NCBI GenBank assembly: GCA_028867615.1
Contig: JAGWGC010000001.1
Span: 3,188 to 66,346 of the forward strand
Direction: 5' to 3'
Length of the DNA stretch: 63,159 nucleotides
Origin: Nitrososphaerota archaeon
Lineage (GTDB): Archaea; Thermoproteota; Nitrososphaeria; Nitrososphaerales; Nitrosopumilaceae
Shown here in pieces: positions 41,971 through 52,200 of the stretch; position 1 is the first letter of the stretch; every line of letters starts with the position of its first letter. The position numbers and the translations under genes were made by a program. The notes under the pieces were generated by a model. It was not told where the DNA came from and made no database searches. It was given only the letters and a program-made list of their open reading frames with translations.

Positions 41971-42333
41971 GTGATGAAACTGTTACTAGTGGATGATAAT
42001 AAAAGCATAACAAACATGCTGGACAAATTTCTTACCATGAAGGGACATGACTGTACAAAAAGTTTGGATGCAAGAAACGCATTGAGTATTATGTCAAGGG
42101 AAAAGTTTGACATTATCATGCTTGATTTGGCAATGCCGGAATTTAGTGGCTATGATTTTCTAAACGAACTTGAAAAAAATGGAAAACTAAAAGAGCAAAA
42201 CATCATTGTACTTACAGCATCGTCAATAACAACTGAACAGTCAAATGATTTGTTAAAACGAGGCATAAAATCATGTCTCAAAAAACCAGTTACTACCGAA
42301 ATATTGCTCAAAGTCATATCATCACTAGGCTAA
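41971..42333 (+). CDS. Stand-alone response regulator receiver protein
   Basis: LLVDD, LDLAMP (phospho-Asp), LTA and KP motifs. Confidence 0.95.
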   Translation: MMKLLLVDDNKSITNMLDKFLTMKGHDCTKSLDARNALSIMSREKFDIIMLDLAMPEFSGYDFLNELEKNGKLKEQNIIVLTASSITTEQSNDLLKRGIKSCLKKPVTTEILLKVISSLG

Positions 42334-42667
42334 AAATTCAAGAAAATACTGCACAATATCTTTACAAGTATACATATCGATGCAAATTACAAATCTGAAA
42401 ACTATATCAAACCTTGTCTAATTTTTGAGTTGTCTTGACTATTTTGTAACAGTTATTTTCGCAAGAATGATTTTTTCGTATAATTCGTTTATTTCATGAC
42501 TGGCGCATGTGAAAGGGCATTTATCTCACATGCTTGTTATCTTGTACCATGATTTGCCATCTTGGTAAAACCCCTGTGATGGCTATTTGATACTGCGTGG
42601 TTACATGCTTTGAGATTTTTGATGTTTGGCTGGTATGTGCATCACCGTTACAATCTTGGCAGAATTT

Positions 42668-44998
42668 TCAAATTGTGTCTGTTCTTGGAATTGTAAAGTA
42701 TACTACTGTGCCCAGACCCACTGTGCTTTCAAGCCATATTTTACCACCCAAAGCTTCAACAATTCCTTTGCATATTGAAAGACCTAGGCCACTGCCCCGA
42801 TGTTTTCTCTTAAGAGATGTGTCTATTTGATAGAATTTGCTGAATAGCTGGGTTTGTTTTTCCTTGGGGATTCCAACACCGTTGTCTTTGACATAAAATA
42901 AAATGTCCTTTTCTTGTACCTTTGCACAAATTTCGATCTTGCCTGTTTTTTCTGGTGTGAAATCAACTGAATTTGCTATTAGATTTGAAAAGACTTGTTT
43001 TAATCTGTCTGGATCGCTAACAACTGGAGTTTTATCCTTGGTGGAATTTACAAACTCTATTGACTTTGATACTGTCGACATGGAATTATCATGTACCACA
43101 TCGGCCATAAATTCATCCAACTCAAATTTTGTTTTACTGAATCTCATGGTCTTCAAGTCAAGTTTTTGTGCATCAAGAATATCTCCAATCAATCTTTCTA
43201 GACGTGTCGCATTTTGATAAATCTCATCGATGGCCTTAATCTGTTCTTTGTTTAACCTGCCTAGTACGGCAGGATCTTTGAGCATCTCTGCATAAAATTT
43301 GATTGGAAAAAGTGGGGTGGTTAATTCATGTGATATCATTGCTGTAAACTGCTCCCTTAGTTCATTTGTCTGGGTTAGGTGCAAGTATTGGTTTAATATT
43401 TTCTCTTCTCTTTCTTCTAGTTTCTTTTTTGCTTCCTCTATTTCTTTAATGTCCTTGATAGTCACCAGATTAGTGACAAATTTCTTTTCTGTATCGTAGA
43501 TGCTGCGAACATTCACTAGAGAAGGAAATGTTGTACCGTCTTTTTTCTTGTGGACAAATGGCTCGTCATGAAAGTTTGTATTTTTGTCATATTTTTCTAC
43601 AAATTCATTGTATTTGTCTAGGCTCTCGCCTGAAATTAAGAACGAAGCTGGTTTGCCAATTACCTCTTCTTTAGTATATCCAAACAGTTCTGAAAATGCG
43701 TTATTTGAGTCAGTAATTTTTAAATTTTCATTAACCAAAACTATGGGAGTTGGGGTTAGCTGATACAATGTCTTGTATTTTTCCTTAGACGTGATAATTG
43801 CATGATTATTTTCTGTCATTTTTCTCATCATGTGATTTACATCTGATGCTAGAATTTTTAATTCGTCTGTTCCTTCTAACTTGATTTCTGGATTTTTCCC
43901 ATCTAGATATTCATCTAATCCGAGTCGAATTTTTTCGATTGGTCCTGAAAGCTTATTTGATATTATGAATGCCATGATTGACACCGCAGATACTAGGGTA
44001 ATCATGGCAATGATCATGATATTTGTTAGTTGAATGACTGGTTTCAAAATGTCTGTGGGTTTGTATTCTGTCACAAAAATCCAATCAAAGAGTGGTGTAA
44101 TTTTTGAACTTGAAGATTTTGCATATGTTGTGATGTATGGCACATCAGAATTTGGGGGAGTGTAAGTAAAGGTTCCAGAATTGCCTTTTATGTTACTCAT
44201 GAATTCTTTGTCATCTCCGTATGACAATGGCTTTTCACCTGCATTTGTAGAGTAAAGAACAAGTCCATTAGTGGTTATCAATTCGTATTCAGATGGAGCA
44301 TACTGGCCAGATTCCATCTGGGTTTTGATTATGTTGATTACTTGTCGAACATTTGTGACTGCTTTTAAAACTCCTAGGAAATTACCACTCTTGTCTTCTA
44401 TTCTTTTGGCAATCGAAAATGAGATGGTTCCTGTGCTGTTATCCATCTTGATGTGTCCAACATATATTCCGTTTTTGCTTGCTTCTTGCCACCACGATTC
44501 ATCATTTTGCCTGTAGTCTGTAGTCCTGTCTGTTTGTGCGACATTGGCCCCATACGCATTAGTGATGAATATCTCATCATATACATTATCGTGAAATAAC
44601 GCTTTTTCTGATCCTTGCACTTCTCTGAGTCTGTCTGATGTTGGATTGCTGATTAATGCATCCATGAATGGAGTTGTTTTATTTTTGGGCGATGATGTCC
44701 AGTTCAAGTCATTTTTGTCTATATATTGTTCAGGATCTTGCATCTTGGAAAATTGTGCTGTAGACCCAGCAGCTGCAGATTTTATGGTTTCATCATCTGC
44801 CAGGTTTACCACGTCAACTATTCTGTCAGTTACATAACTGTCTATTCGATTTACCATCATGAGGTTTATTTTTTCAGCATTTTTTTTGATATTTTCCTCC
44901 ATTACATTTTTGGACTCGTATAGAACATACACCCAAGTCATTACCCCTACTGTTATCATGGAAAAAACCAATAATAATAACGCAAAAGCAAATTTCAT
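42668..44998 (-). CDS. Sensor histidine kinase (Cache, HAMP, PAS, HisKA, HATPase)
   Basis: TM-extracellular-TM layout, PAS region, SHELTTPL H-box, N/G1/F/G2 boxes (DNGVGI, GSGLGL). Confidence 0.95.
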   Translation of the reverse strand: MKFAFALLLLVFSMITVGVMTWVYVLYESKNVMEENIKKNAEKINLMMVNRIDSYVTDRIVDVVNLADDETIKSAAAGSTAQFSKMQDPEQYIDKNDLNWTSSPKNKTTPFMDALISNPTSDRLREVQGSEKALFHDNVYDEIFITNAYGANVAQTDRTTDYRQNDESWWQEASKNGIYVGHIKMDNSTGTISFSIAKRIEDKSGNFLGVLKAVTNVRQVINIIKTQMESGQYAPSEYELITTNGLVLYSTNAGEKPLSYGDDKEFMSNIKGNSGTFTYTPPNSDVPYITTYAKSSSSKITPLFDWIFVTEYKPTDILKPVIQLTNIMIIAMITLVSAVSIMAFIISNKLSGPIEKIRLGLDEYLDGKNPEIKLEGTDELKILASDVNHMMRKMTENNHAIITSKEKYKTLYQLTPTPIVLVNENLKITDSNNAFSELFGYTKEEVIGKPASFLISGESLDKYNEFVEKYDKNTNFHDEPFVHKKKDGTTFPSLVNVRSIYDTEKKFVTNLVTIKDIKEIEEAKKKLEEREEKILNQYLHLTQTNELREQFTAMISHELTTPLFPIKFYAEMLKDPAVLGRLNKEQIKAIDEIYQNATRLERLIGDILDAQKLDLKTMRFSKTKFELDEFMADVVHDNSMSTVSKSIEFVNSTKDKTPVVSDPDRLKQVFSNLIANSVDFTPEKTGKIEICAKVQEKDILFYVKDNGVGIPKEKQTQLFSKFYQIDTSLKRKHRGSGLGLSICKGIVEALGGKIWLESTVGLGTVVYFTIPRTDTI

Positions 44999-45780
44999 TC
45001 TATTGCACGCTCTATTGGATTTCTAGGATTTCCTATGCTGTAAACTCCAAATGTCAGTAAAACATATTGGATGTAAAAAAATAGATCAGAAATAGATCCT
45101 GAATAATTTGTTCCGTTGATTGCAGTAAATTGAAACAATAAATCGCCCATAGACAGTGATATCATTGAAAAACATATCAGTGCTGTGAAAAAGTCCAGTC
45201 TGTTCTTACAAAATAATATTACGCCAATTACTGCGGGAGCTAATGATATGCTGTCTAGTATGGGATATGAGAGTGATACGGCATTGTCTAATGATGGCTC
45301 AAAGTCTCCTGCTAGTGTGAATGCATACACAGCTACTGCACTGACAAAACAACTTGACAGAATTGCTATTACTATTGACCATTTTGGGATGGATATTTTT
45401 AATGATTTTATAAATGATATGAAAAATGGGACAAGGCATATGGTACCAATCATGAATGCCACATCTGCCCAAGATGGAAATGGCTTTTGATCAAGTATTA
45501 GCTCATCGAGTGAAAAAATATGCTGTGCAACAAGAAATGATATTGAAAATACAAAAAATACAGTCCACGTAAAAACATTTTCATGTTTTTTGTATGCCTG
45601 GCGCACCTGAAAAATTGCCGTCATTGACAAAAATATTGTTAAGGGTATGTAAAGAAAATCACTAGTTAGCGTTGCAGCATACTGGCCTAAAAAATATCCT
45701 ATGCCCCATATGCACACAACTGCTAGTAAAGATAAACTGAGATACTTGCCTCTATGCGACTTGGATGAATTGATCTGCAA
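44995..45780 (-). CDS. Multi-pass membrane protein, probable kinase-associated sensor
   Basis: About 8 TMs, FPSWAD and YPILD motifs; stop overlaps kinase start. Confidence 0.7.
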   Translation of the reverse strand: MQINSSKSHRGKYLSLSLLAVVCIWGIGYFLGQYAATLTSDFLYIPLTIFLSMTAIFQVRQAYKKHENVFTWTVFFVFSISFLVAQHIFSLDELILDQKPFPSWADVAFMIGTICLVPFFISFIKSLKISIPKWSIVIAILSSCFVSAVAVYAFTLAGDFEPSLDNAVSLSYPILDSISLAPAVIGVILFCKNRLDFFTALICFSMISLSMGDLLFQFTAINGTNYSGSISDLFFYIQYVLLTFGVYSIGNPRNPIERAIE

Positions 45781-45918
45781 TGGTCATATCACTGTTCTCT
45801 TGTATTTAAAAGAAAATACTATTATTTTTATCATGATTGCATTATCTCTTGGTACGGCATACTGTGCATTTTGTTCAATGCGGTACAGTATGCTCTAAAA
45901 TTTAAAAGATTCATGTAG

Positions 45919-45936
45919 ATTATCATCTGTGATAAT
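45919..45936. promoter_or_regulatory. Perfect palindromic motif copy (ATTATCA-tctg-TGATAAT)
   Basis: Exact consensus; minus-strand TTTTAAAT begins at 45907; weaker copy at 45992-46009. Confidence 0.65.
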
Positions 45937-46293
45937 AGATGCGCGTACCGGATATGAAACTTTGGGTTTTCACATCTAGTGATTGACATGTACTATCATA
46001 TGTGATGATCTTGAATTTCTTTATCAATACAATTGAATGCATAGGTAACTGATACTGTAATTCTCTAAAGTATGAAATGGATGAATGCTGTGATCACTGC
46101 ATTTTAGTAAATAACGTATATCTGTCATATCATGATGAAATAAAGCGATTCTAAAGTAAATTTTATGAAAAGCATGATATAATGCAATTTTTAAACCATT
46201 TTTTGTAAATATTTTGATTCTGATCCTGATTTTCATTGCTGAAATTCATATCCTTATATAATATCAATGCTTTTTACAATTCTCTTAGTGTAT

Positions 46294-49200
46294 ATGAGAA
46301 AAAAATGTATCTTACACTATTTGCTAATCTCAATTCTGTCTGTTAGCGTAAGCTATGTGTCATCTGGATGGGACTTGCAAACTGCACAAGCACAAGATGA
46401 AAACTTGGGTACCAGCTCTGGAGTGATTCAAGAACTTCTTACATGGAATTTTAACAACCTTAATCCTGATCAAATTACATTCTCAAATCCCATACGGGTA
46501 ATGGATGGACCAACTGGGCATTCATTGAAATTTGATGGAAAAAATGATTATGTCAGGATTGCAAGCTCAAAAGTTGGTTACGTACAAGACCTGACCGTGT
46601 CAGCTTGGATAAAACCAAATTATAATTTGACATCCGAGCAATTTACCATAATAAGTAAACCTGAATCGTTTTCACTTTATCTAAAGTCCGATGGGCAATC
46701 ACACTATGCTGAATTTTCAGTGTATGATGGAACCAAATGGCATACTATAGAATCAAAAACACAAATTGGTACACACTGGACACGACTACTTGGTATTTTT
46801 GATGGAAGATCTATTGGCATTTATGTTAATGGCACAATTGATTCCGTTGATCTAGTGACCACTCCAACACTTGACGATCTTTTTCCAATTAGCTATGGTA
46901 ACATTTCCACCGCTGATGTTCTGATAGGTTCATCGGAAAATGGATTGTCTGAAAATAATTTCTTTGCTGGTCAAATTGATGACGTTCAAGTCACTCCGTC
47001 AGATGGTTATGTTGTTGGCAGCGCCTTGGAAAACCAACCAGCTTTCACATATGACAATAATACATCTACCATCCGCTCTAATGTGACAATTCCAACTAAC
47101 GCCACAAATCTCAGTCCAGCACTGTCAAGCTCTAATGCCACAATTCCTAGGATTCCATCTAATGTAACAATTCCAACTAACGCCACAAATCTCAGTCCAG
47201 CACTGTCAATCTCTAATGCTACCATTCCTGGAATTCCATTGAATGCAACAATCACCTCCAACACTACTATCCCTGAAATCCCATCAAATATGCCGCAGCC
47301 AGTTCGTTACTTTGGGTTCAATCTTAATTCAATCCTGCCTACAGACATGACCCAAAATGCAACAATTACTGCTAATGGAATTCTTGGAACTGCCTTGCAA
47401 TTGACAGGAGGATATGTGTCTACAAGTATTCCTGAAACAGATCATCTAGAAAACTTGAGTTTGTCTGTATGGATTCACCCAGATTATGGCACAGGGGGAA
47501 AAACAATCACGATTGTAAACAAGGCTAATTCCTTCCTGCTCCAAATCCAAAATATTGCAGCTGATCAAGGAACAGCTTCCTTCTCAATCTTTGATGGAAT
47601 AACATGGCATACTGTTGAATCTAAAGCAATGATTCCAATTGGCTGGACTCATCTTGCTGCTACGTTTAACGGGACTGGTATCAGCCTCTATGTAAACGGC
47701 ATTCTTGATTCAAGTCAGCTCGTATCCACACTTGGAGTCTCTGAATCTGGGCAACTTCAATCAGGTCTAGTACATCTAAATTCTGATTCTAATGTGCTGA
47801 TAGGATCCCAGCTAGGAAATCAGGGAGCTGACAATCAATTTAATGGTTTGATTGACGAACTGGCAATATTTGATGTATATCTTGATAGCACACAAATAAA
47901 CAGTATTTTTGAATCAACGGTAAAATCAACTGGATTTACACCTTTGACTGTACTCCCCCCACTTATTCCAGAAAACATTACCATCACCCAAATCCCGATA
48001 CCTTCTACAAAATTAAACTTTAGTTCAACTTCCCAAAACAAGTCAAATACATTTGGAGATGTATCAATTTCAACAGGAGTGAATGGCTCTGCACTTGAGC
48101 TCTCGGGCAGCGGTTACATGTCTGAGAACCTAACTTCAACAAACCAGATCTCACAGTTTACAATTTCTGCATGGGTAAAGCCTGATTATCAGAAAGGCTC
48201 TGCAGAATATACTATTCTAAGTAAAGAAAAATCATTTCTCTTGACAATTCATAACAATCTGACACCTAGGAAGATCGCATTATTTTCAATCTTTGACGGA
48301 ACAACTTGGCATACTGTGGAATCCAAATCCAAAATTCCGGAAATCTGGACTCATCTTGCTGCCACGTTTAACGGAACTGACATCAGCATCTATGTAAATG
48401 GACTAAAAGAGTCCACCTTGCCAGTTTCAAGCATTGGAATTTCGATCGGCGGACAACTGGAAACAAAGACCATCCAAAACATTGAATCTAGTGCTGATGT
48501 GCTGATTGGTGCACAGCAAATATCCCGGGATGCTACAACAACAGTCCAGGGTCTATTTGGAGGCAAGATAGATGAAGTACAAATCTACAAATCTGCTTTG
48601 TCACCTTCTGAAATTTATGTTGAATATCTAAAAAATGCAGCAGCCGCAAGAGGACAAATTCCTTCTACCGTCTCTAACGCTACAGTTCCTATGGTTCCAT
48701 CAAATATGACTACGTTGTCTAATGCGACTCTTTCCAATGCTACTACATCTATCATTTCGTCAAATACGACCGCTCAATCTGGCATCACATTGCCAATTGC
48801 AATGTCTGTGAAAAAACTCAAAACGTCTTATCTGATGACTGAAAGTCCTGAATTTGTCTTTGAGTTCATAAGTTCGGATGTTCTCAAAAAACATGGCAAA
48901 TCAACTAGTGAGTCATTTGGAGAACAACAGACCGGAAGATGGTCTGATAAAAATGGTACAATCAGTGTAGATGTGACTGATCTAAGCGGAAAAAGCATCC
49001 CAGTAAATGTTAACTTTGTAAAATTACGAGACGGCAAATTCGACATCAAGCTTGGCTCTGAGAGGGCTGGAAAAGCAGGCATGTATACAATGAAAATCAC
49101 GCTGGCCGAAGGTGGAAAGACATACACTACAGAATCAACTTATGCATGGGGTCTTGTATCCCTTAACACTGACAAGAGCATCTACAGACCAGGTGAGACG

Positions 49201-52200
49201 GCTAATCTTGTAATTGTAGTATTGGACAATGATGGGCATTCTGTTTGTAACTCTAATATTGTGATGAACATACATGATCCTACCTCTGGTGTGACTACAC
49301 TCTCAACAGGAAATGGAATAACTGCCAATCCATCATGTGGTCTATATGATGCACAATATGTGGTTCCAGAGGTTGGAAATTACACAATAGATATGACGGC
49401 ACAAAACCCATCTGGTGTTGCAAACTTTACTACATCATTCTTGTCTGCAGACAACTTTGACTTTGATGTGATAAGAACATCTGATAGCAAGATTGATCCC
49501 ACAAGTAATCCTAATTCATTTGACGTGGCAATTGATGTTTCTTCATTTGTAAACGTAAACAACGTGATAATCCAAGAATCGGTTCCATCTTCATTTAAGG
49601 TATCTACAGATGCTACCGTTCAGACAATGGGAGATGTTCAGATTTTGACTTGGTCAAAATCTTTGATAGGAAACAAAACCTCCGTAAGTTATACATATTC
49701 TGTTCCTCCTGTATATCCACAACTTTATGCCTTGGGTCCAGTTCAAATTACATCCGGTTCTAACACATACTTTAAGGAAGCAAGACCTTGGTTTGTTGCA
49801 GTAGATCCGTCTGTAAACCGGCTCTATCTGCGTGCATTTACATCTCCTGACGCCCCCACCTTGGGAACTCACTCTGCCATACTTCCGGTAGGAACATTCA
49901 AGGGTAACAGTGGTACCGGGTTTGAAGATTTATCCATGTCATCTGTAATGGGTACTGCTACAACATCCGTCACAAAAACCCTGACAAGCATTGCCCAGAC
50001 TGCACACCAGGACAATTACATTGCACGATTTACCTCAAGTTCGCTTGCAGCACAGACGATACCTGCAGGCACATGGACATTTGCATTGCAAACCTCAGAA
50101 GCTAATAATAACGCCAACTCTTTCATTGTGGGATCTCTATACGTCTGGAGACCTTCAACTAGCAGTGTAGTGGGGTATGTATACGATAGTGACACTGCAC
50201 TTGGAACTGAGTGGGGTGCCACAACAACGGGGAGGGTAGTAACGGTCACTGGCAGTTCTGTTACAACCCAAGATGGTGATGTACTTGTGTTTGAGATGTG
50301 GAGACATGCAGCACAGGCAGCTAACACTGGATATGTGCAGACATTGTATTTTGATGGTACCACAGATGTAACAAACGGCGGAACTGCAAGTGCTGCAAGC
50401 TATATCCAGTCAGGATCTCCTATGGTATTTGGTACACTTGCTGCAAGTTCAGTAACATCTTCTGATGCTGTACATGTAGCGGTAACACGGAATACATCTC
50501 TCTCAGATTCTGTATCGGTTACTGATGCTGTTAGTGTGCATGCTGTAAAGACTGTATCTCTCTCAGACTCTGCAAGTGCAGCCGATGCCGTCTCCACCGC
50601 TGCCTCTAGGGCACAATCACAGTCTGAGAACACCCAAGTCTCTGATACCGTGACCACTGCTGTCAACATGACAAAATCTACCTCTGACTTGATAACACTA
50701 TCCGACACCATGACAACATCTTCTGGCAAATCTCAATCACAATCTGAGAACACCCAAGTCTCTGATACCGTGACCACTGCTGTCAACATGACAAAATCTA
50801 CCTCTGACTTGATAACACTATCCGACACCATGACAACATCTTCTGGCAAATCTCAATCACAGTCTGAGAACACCCAAGTCTCTGATACCGTGACCACTGC
50901 TGTCAACATGACAAAATCTACCTCTGACTTGATAACACTATCCGACACCATGACAACATCTTCTGGCAAATCTCAATCACAGTCTGAGAACACCCAAGTC
51001 TCTGATACCGTGACCACTGCTGTCAACATGACAAAATCTACCTCTGACTTGATAACACTATCCGACATCGTTGCAGCCCAAAAGTCTACGAGCATATCTA
51101 TTAACGACACGACGGAATTGTCTGATGGGCTTTCAGCCGCTGCCTCTAAACAAATTTCTAACTTGGATGAATTGACGGTAACGGATACCGCAAGTTTGTT
51201 AAAAATTAGTCCTGATCAATACCTTGTTCCAAACAACCAAACTACAGTAATTGTCACTCCAAGCAAGCCACATCTGATTGTGACCAGTAGCAATGCTGCA
51301 CTTTCATCAATAATGATTCCAACGACTGTGACATCGCCTACGCTAAGCTATGCTACAATTGTATCTTCAGGAACCGTACACCTCTTACACTCGCTTAACA
51401 TAACTAAAGATACCAATGGTGATAACAAAACAGAAGTTGTAGTTACAATTCCTGCAGTGACTGATATCAGCAACTCTGCATGGGATGGTATATTGCAACT
51501 GCCTACACTTCAATCATCTTCATCGCTAGTACTACCTACTCCGCAAGGTCAGGTGGCCACCGCAAATACGGTAATTGGAATGGGATCTTCTCTTCCTCTG
51601 ACATTTAACAATGCAACACGTATCTTGTTTGTTGGTGAAGCAGGATCACATGTAGGGTACTTCTATACTCCCACCTCAGTTACTGAAATTATTTCAACAT
51701 GTACCAGTGATGATCAAAGTGTAGCCAATGGACTTGCTGCAGGCGAAAGTTGTAAGATAAACGTTGGAACTAGTCTGGTAGTGTGGACAAAACACTTTAC
51801 AGGCTTTGTAACTTGGACTCTAAAGCCAGCTCCTATAACGCCATCTGCTCCTCAACTCCCGACTGCTTCAGGAGGTGGATATGGAACTGGAGTTATAACC
51901 CCTATGGAAACTGGGGCAGAGACTGCAGCAGGTATGTTGTCAACAGGGGTTACATTGTATGATGTGACATACGACGTTTGTGATAAGCAACAAGTCCAGT
52001 TTACGGTAGGCTCACCTGATTCAACCACTCCAACTGTTGAATTTGCAACCCCAAGCGGCGTGGTAGAAGCAAAAATTTCATCACACCAGCCATATGCCGG
52101 ACTATATGACCTGACCAAACAGTATGTATTATCTTATGATGCTAAACTAAAGCCTGGAACGAAATCATTCAACATGCTAATTACGCCAGGAAATGGAACA

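Noticed and set aside
50614-51067. Possible CRISPR array
   Set aside because: Units are fully identical with no unique spacers and lie in-frame within a CDS.
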